Assembly (NCBI RefSeq): GCF_036321535.1
Contig: NC_087437.1
Coordinates: 105,526,001 to 105,590,000, forward strand
Length of the DNA stretch: 64,000 nt
Source: Camelus dromedarius
Lineage: Eukaryota
Direction: 5' to 3'
The first letter of the stretch is position 1; each line of letters begins with the position of its first letter. Of this stretch, positions 1-11,945 are shown one piece after another. The position numbers and the translations under genes were made by a program. The notes below the pieces were generated by a model. That model worked only from the letters and a program-made list of their open reading frames with translations, was not told where the DNA came from and made no database searches.

Positions 1-365
1 GCTTCTGCTCCAAAGCTCTGAGCACCTCCAAGATGTGCACATGAGGTTTTATAGGGTAAAGTACAAGCTTGGGGTATTCAGCCAATAGGCATGGAACAGC
101 TTTAGCAGCATTATCATCACAAAAGTGGAGGCGGGGAGGCAGCAAACCAACATTCCAAAGCCAGATATGTATCTTTGAAAATCCAGCTGGCTAGCAAAAA
201 CACATAAACAGCAAACCAACACTAATTAACCTAGATTTACAAGTTAGTCTAGCAGAACTCAGATCAGTATTCCAATACTTAGACTTGTTAGCCCAGCCCA
301 GCCTCTCCTTCACATTCCTAGACTTATGAGATATCTTGTCAGACCAGCCCGGTTTTTCCTTCACA
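1..365 (-). mobile_element. ERV LTR (probably ERV1 class), U3 and start of R; continues beyond the window edge
   Basis: The minus strand begins TGTGAAGG at 365 (LTR TG terminus). TATAAAA on the minus strand at 47-53 is followed by R-like ggtgctcagagctttggagcagaagc. A CCAAT box lies at 82-86. Confidence 0.65.
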
Positions 366-760
366 ACACTTGGGATTAGCAGCAATGATTCTGATAGCTT
401 ATACTGAATGAATAATTGTATGATAAGTAAGCTGCAGTTTTTTGTTTGAATACAGAAGCTAATGATTCCACAAAAAATCGTTTCATATTAAAACAATATT
501 GAAAGAAAGTCTTGAATGTTTTTGGACCAGCCATAGTGGTTAATTTATAGAAATTTAAGCATTGATGGGATGCCTTTAACTTAGCTATGTGCTTTACTTT
601 GTTTTTTGTAGTCTATGTACTCTTTGTAATCATTCCTATTGACATTTTCCCTTGAAAAAGAAACTAAAAAATATGTGAGATATTTAAGCAGAGAACATGA
701 TCTGTATATTTTCATATGAAGCCAGCAGTGTCGTAATGTAATTTCCCTCATACTAATGTT

Positions 761-1054
761 TTTTTAATTTCAGTAATTTTTTTTTTAGTTGAGGTATAGT
801 CAATTTACATTGTATCAATTTCTGGGGTACAGCATAGTGTTTCAGTCCTATATATACATACATATATTCCTTTTCATATTATTTTTCATTTTCATTATAG
901 ATTATTAGAAGATACTGAATATAGTTTCCTGTACTATGCAGTATGAACTTGTTGTTTATCTATTTTATATATAGTAGTTATTACCTGCAAATCTTGAACT
1001 CCTGGTTTATCCCTTCCCACCCACTTCTTCCCAGTAAACATGTCTGTTTTCTGT
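761..1054 (-). mobile_element. L1 3' end, 5'-truncated, camelid/cetartiodactyl type
   Basis: T-rich tail followed by antisense L1 3'UTR (gaatatagtttcctgtactatgcagtatgaacttgttgtttatctattttatatatagtag). Possible degenerate TSD catactaatgtt (749-760) / catacttatttt (1055-1066). Confidence 0.9.
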
Positions 1055-3009
1055 CATACTTATTTTGATATATCAATCATCTAGAATTTTCTATACAAAT
1101 AATTATTAGGTCTTCAGGATGGTGATAATGTTTTATGTTTTTGAACCATAACACAACATTTTTTGAAAACATACCTGGACAAATCTAAAATGCAAATTAG
1201 AAAATCAGTATGAAAATGTTCAAGTCCTAGAAATTGAGTTTATGGTTAGCTTGTCCAGAATAATTATTCCAGAAAGTCTTATAGGAGTTACTAAAATATG
1301 CTTTACTAGAACAAACATCATATTCTTCTTTACACTCATGGTTATCATTTATACTTTCAGGAAGCTATTTAATCTACGGGAGTTAGCTTGCTCATCTATA
1401 AGCCTCCAATTTCTATTAAATAAACTAACCCGTGCAAACTCCCTATTCCGATGACTGACCCACAAAGAACATTCAGTACTTATTAACCATTATTAAAATT
1501 ACTCTGCTCATTTGCAATTTAAAATATTCTGAGGCCCGCCTATAATAAAGTCAATTTTGCCTTCATTTTCCTTCCACCATCCTGCCTATACTTCTACTGC
1601 AAAATTCTCAAAATGGCATCATACTCTGAGATTATTCTGAACTCTGTGATATTCATCGTTCCACTCCTAAAGTTGTCAGGCTTTTTTCTCCTCTGAGTTA
1701 ACTCTTAATGAAGATTCCCAGCAGACTGTTAAGGTAGCAATTACAGCAGAATTTCTGAGCTGCAGAGCTGAGTTGAAAAGCAAATTCTGCCTTAATCAAA
1801 GCCCCATCTAGAAAGTGAAAGCAAAGGAAAATTCAGTAGCTACACAGGCTGATTATCTGTAATGAAAATAATGCTGCTCTTACAGCCCTGACAACACCTA
1901 TTCTCAAGTAGTCATGTTGAGGGGAAAATACCCATTCTTAGTTTCATGTATCTGTTCTGTCCTTGAAGTGTGAGCTCTGTTTTATTTTGGCTAAGAAGAG
2001 ATCAATACGATTGTTCTTTTTGTTTTCATTTTTCTGGTCACTGAAGTAAATATGGACATGGCATGTAATTTGAAAATCACTGAAGAGTGCAATGAAGCAA
2101 TAAAAAGGGACTGCATATGACATGCTATTTAATGATATACAAATTTCAGCTACAAGTAGTCATCTCAAAATGTATGTTCAGGTTTTGATTGTATTAAATA
2201 TTTTATATAATACTCAGTGGAAGTTTGCAGATAAACAAGTCAATTTCCATCAATTAAACAGCTTTCCAAAGGTAAGATGAGAAAAATACTAAAGCAGAGA
2301 ATTGATTTTAAGCCTGATTCTAAGATTTTGATTTATACAATGTGAAAAATATTTTTCAAATGGAGAATAATGATGATGGTGATGATAAGCATGCTATATA
2401 AAAGATCTCAAAATTCTTGTTTGCATTTTCCAGATATTTCATTCTCAGGGTACATATTGGATAAATTTTAGCATATTGACCACTCATCGTCTTAATATCA
2501 TTTTTATTTACGGTTCAAACTGAAGTAATTTAATTTACAAAAGAGTTGTTGACAACCAGGTAGTGTTTTTTCCTTACAGACTGGAAGTCACAAAGACTCT
2601 GGTATAAACCACTTGACTATCTCCAGACTTGCAAGCAGTCTGAAACCAGGTACGCAATGTAGTTGTATTGGTACTTTTAAATAAATGGATTCAACACTAA
2701 AAAAAACTTCTCTTTGTTTAAATCTAAAAAAGTGTTTCATGACATTGAAAGAAATTCCAAGTTCCAAATGTTAAAATATGTGATACTTGTATCAAATCCA
2801 TATCTGAATAAAGACCTTGCGGAGCACTTCTGAAGAGGTTTTCATAAAAGATGTAAAGTAATGAAACAAAGATGGAGCGAATCAGATGCAATGTGGGCAA
2901 CTGCAAGTTTTACAAATTAAACAATTTGTTTTGTGAACAATTTGTAGTATTACGTAAGTTGAATAATTAAATACACAAATTAACTAAAAATGAAATAGGT
3001 TCAATAAAT

Positions 3010-3075
3010 TCTCTAAGAATGATATAGCTGGTCAGGAGCAGAGGCTGGGTTAGAACTCATTTTCCCTGCTTCTTT
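3010..3075 (-). mobile_element. MIR fragment
   Basis: atagctggtcaggagcagaggctgggttagaactc resembles antisense MIR. Confidence 0.4.
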
Positions 3076-3329
3076 TTTCCAGCTGTTTCTTCAAAAGAGT
3101 CAAATCATTTCTATTTTCACTTGGCCACTGAAAAATAGTACATTATGCTGTGTAGGCAACATTTAGTATTTATCTATAAGTTCACATAACAATATACTTC
3201 AGGATTATATTAGAGAAATTTTCTGAAAATTGGAAGAAGGAGAATGGATGTTGAGACCTCATCCTTATTTCTTTGTAGAAGTGTGTTCATTCCAAGTATT
3301 TATTTGCTAAGATGCAGGCATGGTCAACA

Positions 3330-4246
3330 CCAATAAAACAAACAAACTGATTGAAAAATGTGCAAAGGCTTGAGTAGTTATTTCTCCAGACAAGATATAC
3401 GAAAGGCCAGTAATCACATGAGAAGATGCCCATCATCACTAGTCATTAAGAAAATACAAGTCAAAGCCATAATGAGATGCCACTGCCCAGCTATTAGGGT
3501 GGCTATTGTTAGATAACAAAAACAAGCCAACAAACAAAAAGAAGCAAAAACAAAACAAAACAACAACAGCAAAAAGAACAGAAAATAACCAGTGTTGGCA
3601 AAGATTTGCAGAAACTGGATCCCTTGTGCTTTGTTGGTGGGAATGCAAAATGGTACAGCCACTGTTGAAAACAGTAGGGGGATTTCTTAAAAAATTCAAC
3701 ATAGAATTACAACACGATACAGTGATTCCACTTCTGGGTATAGAACCCGAAAGAATTGAAGCAGGAATTTGAAAAGGTATTAATACACACATGTTCGATC
3801 AGCATTGTTCACAATAGCCAACAGGTGGAAGCACCTCAAGTGTCCATCGATGAATAAAATCTGGTATATACATGCAATGGAGCATTGTTCAGCTTTAAAA
3901 AGGGAGGCATATTCTGACATATATTACAACATGGGTGATTCTTGAAGAAATCACACTAAGTGAAATAAGCCGGTCACAATGGACATACTGTTTGATCCTA
4001 CTTACGTTAGGTTGCTAAGGCAGTCATATTCATAGAAATAGATTGGTGGTTGCCAAGGGCAGAGAGGTGGGGGAAAAGGGATTTAGTGTTTAATGGGTTC
4101 AGAGTTCCAGTTGGGGAAAATAAAAAGTTCTAGAGATGGATGGTGGCAATGGTTTTCCAATAATGTGAATACACTTAATACCATAGGACAGTATACTTAA
4201 AAAAAAATTAAAATGGTAAATTTTATTTTATGTATTTTTACTACAA
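3330..4246 (+). mobile_element. L1MB-like LINE: decayed ORF2 C-terminus plus 3'UTR
   Basis: ORF 3506-3772 contains NNQCWQRFAETGSLVLCWWECKMVQPLLKTV...IPLLGI, matching the L1 ORF2 C-terminal Cys-rich region. The 3'UTR motif gttctagagatggatggtggcaatggtt...aaaatggtaaattttattttatg is L1MB-type. Confidence 0.95.
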
Positions 4247-7200
4247 GTATGTCTCTATATATGTAAGATTCCACATGAATTTATAATATAATCTCACCCT
4301 CCAAAAGAACTATATTTTTGGCTTTATTCTAATAATCAGCATAAACTGTTTAGCAGACAAATGTTTTGATTTTTCCATGAAGAAAAACTACACAAATGTA
4401 TAAAATGAGAATGATTGTCCTATAAAGTACCAGAAAGAGTCCATGTGGAGTGTCCTGATTGTCTTTTCCAGAAAAGGATTTAAATGAGCATCAGCATCTT
4501 TGTGAACCAAAGCAGTTAAGATCTGTGCTGTTTTGTCTTTGTCTCAATGTGTGATTAAAGCTAGATTTATTTTCCTTCAGCTGGTCACATTTCTGAGTCA
4601 AATGAAAGTTTTTATATAAGTGATTCTTCAACTTTAATTGGTCCCACTCAAAAAAGATTTCTTATCAGGAATGCAAATTGAACATCACCTTAAAACAGAA
4701 TCACTGTCTTGGAAATAATCAGAATGTGTATTGAAATGTAAATGACCAACTCTTTCTTACGAATAAGCTCATTCAAATGTTCTGTAAAAATGTTTGCCTT
4801 ATCTGTTAAAAAGATACCTGTTCTCTGTTGTTAGCTCTGGGATCTGCCTAATGTTTTGCTTGGTTGCTGTTTCCATTAATGAAATACTGCGGTGATTATG
4901 GGTGTAATAGCCAATATCCACTGTATTTTAATTTTTCTAATTTGAGCTTTAATAAAGTAATGTCATGCCTTATCTTTTACTATTTCCCTCAAAATAAGAG
5001 AAGCTATGTCAAGGAATGATTGGCCAAAGGAAAAAAAAAAAAAAGATAGCATTAACATTAATATGACACGATGGGAAAAACAAGGGCCTGAAGCTGAGAA
5101 CGCTAGTGTTTGTCATAAATCAACTTTGTGGTTCTGAGTGAGTCTGCTAATATCTCCGAGTGGCAATTAAACATGTTAAACAAGCAAAGTGGATTTGAAT
5201 GAGAAGGTATACATTTGACAGCAAGCCCTACTTCTTTGGCATTTATTATAACATGTTTAAATAAAAGAACTTCATGAGGATTTTTAAAGCCTCTCACTCA
5301 GCCCAGCTACATAATTAGGGAAAGACAGGCAGTTGAAAATGGCAAACCTGACCCATTCTCTCACAGCTCAAGGGCTTATATTCATTTTCTATATTGAATT
5401 TTTTAGACAGAATGCTGTGTCGGAACATTTGGGGAGAGAGCATTTCTAGGCACTTTTGAAGGTCCTGTCCAAATCCATGTAATAGGTTAAAAGCTCAGTT
5501 TGCAGGGTTGAGGATATGGTCCCAACATTGTCAGGGAAACTTTACAGGTCAGCACTAATATTCCTTGAGATTTAATCAGAGGTGGGAATGAGAAAATTGT
5601 TATAATGCCGTATACTCAGGTTAAATATTACCTGAAACCCAAGGCTGGAATTAGTTAGAATAAACAAACAAATAAATAAAGCCAGTCAGAATGAAAGAGA
5701 GAGGTTAAAGGAATGTGGTGTTGTTGTTTTTTTTTTTTTTCCTCAAAGAATTTATTCCCCTGAAACCTGCATTTCCAAGGATTACAAACTAAATTACACA
5801 GCGCAGGAAAGGAGAGGTCCTCCTCTAAAGCTTTATGGCAAAGCTGTGAAACAATTTTTGGTCTGACATTTCCTGCAGCTAACCGTGATGAGAAAAAATT
5901 GTAAGTCAAGGTGAACCCTTTTCTGAGAACCAGAGTGTGATGGGGAAGCTTCCAGTGTGAAAACCGATGGCCAGCAACAGGGCAAAAATATTTTTTCAAA
6001 AGTTTGGTTCATTAACGGCAGTGGACACATTTTTGCTGTTATTTTCTGTCTGTGCTATTACTGGACAATTTTGTTTCTTCAAGGACAGAAGGCACCAAAC
6101 TTTCCTGTGACAAATATGCTCAGCTTTAAATCATTTGTCTTTCGTCTGACTCTTCTGCCTAGCTTGGGAAAACTAAATTTTAGTGTCCCAAATATCAAGT
6201 TTTCTCAAGACAACACTATGCTTTCACAAAAGTTGAACCAGGAAGGTAAAACAAAGTGTAACAGCAGTATTTTTTTTTTTTTAATTCACACATGCAACTC
6301 TTAATGAATATTAGACTCAAGATTCATATGGTTTAATTTAGATTATACAACCTGGGTATTTAGAACTGCTGATTTATGAAGTCTCATTAGAAATTTGAAT
6401 TTTAGCCTTTTTGTTCCAGGTAATTCATGATGCAGTGGTTTCAACACCCTGTTCTGAGAAGCACTGAAATAAATATAAATAACCATGAGATAGATGATTG
6501 TATAGGTATTTCTCATTCAAGAAATAGTGGCTGCCAGTTTTCCGAAAGTTACTGTGCCACAGCTTTTCTGAAATGGTATTGCTGTGCTGGTTTCCCACCA
6601 TCAACATTTTCTGTTTTATCCCCCCTTTCAGAGGGGAACCAGTGGAGGACATGATTCCTTCTGTTTGGAGATGCTTACAGTACTCTGATGATTCTAATCA
6701 TAAATGCGTAACTTTAAAGTATTTTCCCCGTTATTGACATTCAGTTTATTGAAAACTAATAATACAATAAATCTGAAAACTTCTTGTAAACTATTTAACC
6801 TTAAAATACCATAACCAACCATTAATGATCAGATTCCTGAAGGAATTTGTAATCTTTTTAAATGGACTATGAAATATCACCTGGAAATAACTTTTTAACT
6901 TTTAAATGATAAGCGAACCGAGATTCCTGCTCTTCCAGCTTTATCTGTCTCCAGGCAAGTAGCTGGGACAAAACAAATTTCTCTTAGCCACCTTGGACCT
7001 CATGGAACCATAAATAGAGTTTACCCCACTTTTTTGTAAAAGGGGTGTCAGATGTTTTTCCACTCTTTGTCCAATTTAACAAATCATGTAGGTGGCTGAA
7101 CTGTTTCAGCTAGCATGAAATTACTGAAAATGATATAACTCATTTACGCTAAGATGCTAATGATATGTGATTACTGGGTCACCTCTTAAATGGGAAATTG

Positions 7201-7311
7201 CAGTAATTAAGGAACAAAGATTTATCCTAAATAAATTCTTATCGTATCATTTCAGGTATTAGTAATATACTTGCAAATGAACAAATCTGGGCCATTTAGA
7301 CCTGGTGATTT

Positions 7312-7354
7312 TGTGTGTGTGTGTGTGTGTGTGCACGCTCGCGTGCGTGTGCGC
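7312..7354. repeat. (TG)n microsatellite extending into CG-containing purine-pyrimidine alternation
   Basis: Directly visible in the sequence. Confidence 0.9.
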
Positions 7355-10300
7355 CTGTAGTGTCATCTAATAGATTTCTATTCTAATTATAATTAAATGT
7401 AATTTTGGCTGTATTCACCCTGAAGATATATTTTCAGCAAGGTATTTTTAACTAAAATATTTCCATGAGTACTGCTACAGCTGAAAAAGTTGCAAGGATA
7501 AATTACTTAAATTCTACAAGAAACATACAGCTTTAATGAACAGAAAATGGGGATTAAAGGTGACAATTCCTTAGTTCTTTCAAAATTTTGTGTATATACA
7601 CACAGTCTACTATATATTATGTCCATATATTGCACATAATCTTAAATACAATGCCATTGTATAGACAATATGAATATATTATGCAATGCCTAATAAAATA
7701 ATACATATATGTGTATGTGCATAACTATACATACACATATGTATTACACATACATACATGTTTTTGATCACAGTGTATCGTTAGGCGTTGTTTTGATAGT
7801 TTAAGTATTGTAGGCTATTAAAGGACCCCCTTTATGAAAATAACAAAATATGTATTTCAAAGACTTCAAAATTGTTTAAATTTTATGGAATGGAATCAGA
7901 GACGATGAATTGATCTTAAAGCTGAGGTGATGAATACTTGCCCAAATGTATCACAAGGGCTAAAGAAAATTGAAAAAAACAATCAGAAAGAACCTATCCA
8001 TAGCATAAAAATGTTACAGTCTTAAAAAAATAAGGAAAATGACTGCAGACAGTTTGATGTCCATCTATGTGTATATTGCTGTGTACTTGTTTATTTAGAC
8101 ATATGTTATATTTCAGGTAGTAAAATGTATCTTTTTACTTACAAATTGTGAGTGATAGCAAACAGTATTTTAAACAATGATACTAAATCTTGGCTTCATC
8201 ATTGAAAGTAGTCGTGAGACTCCAGAGAGGAAATAAATGTATGTGTGTTCTAATGTGGAATACTTAGAATTGGCTGTTGTTACAATAAATATAAGGTTAT
8301 ATAAGTTTCTAAGGGCCTTATTCCTCTTTATCTCTGTAAAATGACCCCAAAAATGTTAAAATTCTCATTTACTCAGGCCAAAAAATTTTAATGAGCTGTA
8401 CCATTTTTAGGCAAATTACTCATTTGTCATTTGATAAACATATAATATTTTCTTTATATTCCAAAAAAGTGCACTCTATGATTATTTCAGAACTTTTTAA
8501 AATATGGATTATACTAACTGACCTAGGCTATAAGAACATTATTTAAATTTTGCTGTGTCAACTTTATATATGTAGCTTTCTAGAAGATAAAGATAGATGA
8601 AATTAATTTCAAAGACTTAAAGAACCAAGACAATAATTCTTAATTAAATATTTAATAGCTTATTAAAAAACTTTCTCAAAGGGCTATCTCTTTTGCTAAT
8701 TTTTCAATGACAGAAAAATATTAAATAACTGCTGAGAAATTAAGTAGAATAAATTTAAGATTATTTGTGATTGAAGATGAATATGACTCAAAATATCTGT
8801 CATGTTTGTACAAAAGCAGCTTACAATATGAAGTAATTAATAAATTAATAAACTTAAATAAATCAAATTCAAGCAAGCACATATTTTGATTTTTATCCCA
8901 ATGGATCCAATTATAATTGATTAAATTAGTATATTCTGTTGGATGTTTATCCAACAAAGTGCTAGTATATTTGAGAAGGATTAATATTCCCAGATGCCAA
9001 AATAAACATTTTTTGCTGCTAACTGAAAGATTAACTTCTATCTCAACTGTAAAATAAGATAAATGACTTGAGGCTTCTATTTTGTCATGAATGTACAAGA
9101 AAGAAAAATCATGGAAATATATTCTCCAATCTCTTCATTTTAAAATTAAAACCAATTTATATGTGAAAACAGCACAATCACAGGAAAAGACACATCAGAT
9201 GTCACTTATTTTGGACACGTTCTACATTTTCCATGTCATCACTGAATGGAAGTATTATAAATTGTTGTATTTTTGAAGTCAAATCATCTTGAATTTGCAT
9301 GTCAATTTAATGTTGAACATGTTTCTTCTTAACATATAAATATGATTTCAATATTTTGAAGATAACACATATATTTAATCAGTACTTTCATTTGTCCAAT
9401 GAGATTGTAAATTTGAATTTGACAAATGGGATAACTAAGAATAAGTGGAAAGGATGTATGCCAACTATAAACAAAATAATTTATTTATGATTAAATATTT
9501 GTTACGGTACTAGGTACTTTACTTATGGTATCTCATTAGTCCCCAGATAATTATATGATACAGTGCAAACCTACTCTGTTCAACTGGCACCAACAAACTT
9601 AGATTCAGATTAACTACCAGACCAAACTCATAAACATAGTAGACTTCACCCACCACTCACTATACTTTCAAATTTTACTTTCAACCTTCCACTATTGTTC
9701 TCTTCTCCTCCTACAGGGATTACAGTTCACTGTGTACCAGTTTCCTATCATCCCAAAGGGTTCTGTTTACTTATCTTCAAGTCATTCAATTTTATCCATT
9801 GTAGAAACAAATTTGCTGTTTTGCTGAGGATCAACTGTTATAGTATCCAGATTCTGCTGTTTAATATTTATCCCCAGGATCCTGCAACAGAACTTTCGCC
9901 ACATCAAACCAAGAAAGTTTATCAAATATCTTTGCATCAAACTTTTGTCAGAACTTCCCTCTCTGAACTTTCCCTTATCCAAGTTGCCTTTGAGATACTG
10001 ATATGAGGATGTGGCAATCACTCCTGCTTCTGACCCCACTCAGCTCTCAGCTCTATAAATGCAGTGATCTTCAATTCAAACTGACAAACTTTAGACAAAA
10101 AGGGTTTTCGTGCAATGACATTTTTTAGGAAAATTTTATAAAAGCATACAGAATAGGAAAAAATGCCACATTCATAGCAATAGTATATTGCAACTTATGT
10201 GATTGATTCCCAAATAGGACATCCATATGTCTCCAAATTACTGTGGTTGGGACACACGTGATCTCAAGAGAAACTTGAGTGGGTACCAAGATCGTCAACA

Positions 10301-11821
10301 AAGAGAAGCAAGCCATCAACTTAAGGGATTCTTTGAATTTCAAACCTTGCTAGTTACAAAGCCTCTCAGGACTATTAACTAGCGTCCATTTTGAGGCACA
10401 GCTGTATCTTATTACTACTACTGATGTATTACTAGACTTTGTAAAATCTCAAAAACAGGTACATATTCACAGTAGCTTAGACCAGATCCTCACTTACCTT
10501 GGATTCCTTAAGAGTTGTAAGAAATATTCTGTCAAGGTTCTAATCTTTAAGCATCTCTAATCAGAAACACACAGGTTGTAGAATCAGTTGTCAACACCTT
10601 CCCTCCATTAAGATGCTTGGCTATTTTTAATCTCATCTTTGCCATTTAGGAATTTACTAGAACAAGATAAAAATAATTTTTTTCCTAGTCAATTCTGCCT
10701 GAACCTCAGTAAACCCTTTTAAACTGCATTTTTAAATCTATTCTTCACCTCAGAGAGTAATTTGTCTAGTATTTTTTTAAGTTAATTCATCACCTCTTTC
10801 CTTTTTACCATTCTTGATATTCTGTTACTTAAATATTAGATCTCTAATATCGATCCTCGAAATTTTTTTTCCAAGATTTGCCTCTCTTGTGTTTACTCCA
10901 AATCATTTCTTCTGCTTGATTTGCAGCCCCCTTATCTGCTCTCCACATCTGCATCCCTGCAGTTCATCTAGAGAATTTTCCTGTCACCATTTATTAACTT
11001 TCTCTTGATAAAAATGAGATGCTTTTCCAGGGAATACTCAAGAAGCCAGCATTTACCCATAATCCTGAGAGATTTACTTCTGAAGGACTAAGCACTCAGG
11101 GCTTTTTGTTATCTCTTCCCTGGCTCTCATCTGGTCCAGAGAAGAACATTGCTGTGCTGGGCTCTTTGACCAAAGCAGAACCTAGAGTATCTCACACATT
11201 TAGGACACAGAAACTGCTAACCTTAGGGAAGTATATTGATTAGATGGAAACAGAAGAAAAAAGAGACTTAGCTTCATTCATTTTCATATTTCTATAATCT
11301 CAGACATGTATTTGCTTTTTGATCTATTGCAAAATGTCATCTTTCTATGCATGGTGAGCAACTATTCCTTATACACACATGAACCCTCTTAATTGTACTA
11401 AAATCTCCATGATCCTTGAGGAATCAAGATTTTTTTTTTTTTGCTGTGTAACTGAATAGGACCACTTTTTGGTGTGTAAATCATTAGTTTCTCAATGAAA
11501 TGTTTTAATTCTGACAAATGCCTTTGTAGAATAAAGAGATCATTGATTTTTGTCTTTAATAGTTGATACACTTATATCAAATATAAGGATAACTATGCCT
11601 ATAATGCTTTGAATTTTAAGGGTGAAATTATGTATTAATCTGATTTGGAATGAAATATTCTTGAAAAATAGTTGTGCCTTAAGTATTTAAAAATAAGTAT
11701 AAAATATGGTAATCAACTGGATAGTAAAATATTGGCTAATTAGATAATATGATTTAAAACATTAATTTAATATGTATGATAATATTTTAGAAATATTTGA
11801 AGTAATGGTATACATTTGCCA

Positions 11822-11945
11822 GTAGCATGGGCTTTGGAATCAGAAGGATCTATGTTTGAAATCCAGATAATTGTCACGCTCTCAGACAAAGTACTTCGTT
11901 CATGTGGCCCAAATATTCTTACGTATAAAACTGAGGTAATGATCC
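11822..11945 (+). mobile_element. MIR
   Basis: agcatgggctttggaatcagaaggatctatgtttgaaatccag...gtataaaactgaggtaatgat matches the MIR 5' and core pattern. Confidence 0.7.

Noticed and set aside
3414..3792. Overlapping ORFs, including a CWWECK peptide
   Set aside because: This is a decayed L1 ORF2 C-terminus and its antisense frames, not a host gene.
6433..6466. cagtggtttca...tgagaagcactg resembling abutting hAT terminal repeats
   Set aside because: Too short, and no 8-bp TSD is visible.
9695..10039. Antiparallel 103-aa and 85-aa ORFs, with a pyrimidine tract and AG near 9717
   Set aside because: No recognisable domain and no good donor; ORFs this long are expected by chance.
10061..10260. Possible hAT-Charlie MITE (cagtgatcttcaa...ttgggacacacgtg)
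   Set aside because: The termini match only loosely and I do not recognise the interior.
10498..10656. Minus-strand exon candidate with a strong aag|gtaagt donor
   Set aside because: All three frames contain stops, so it is not coding. It is kept only as part of the lncRNA hypothesis.
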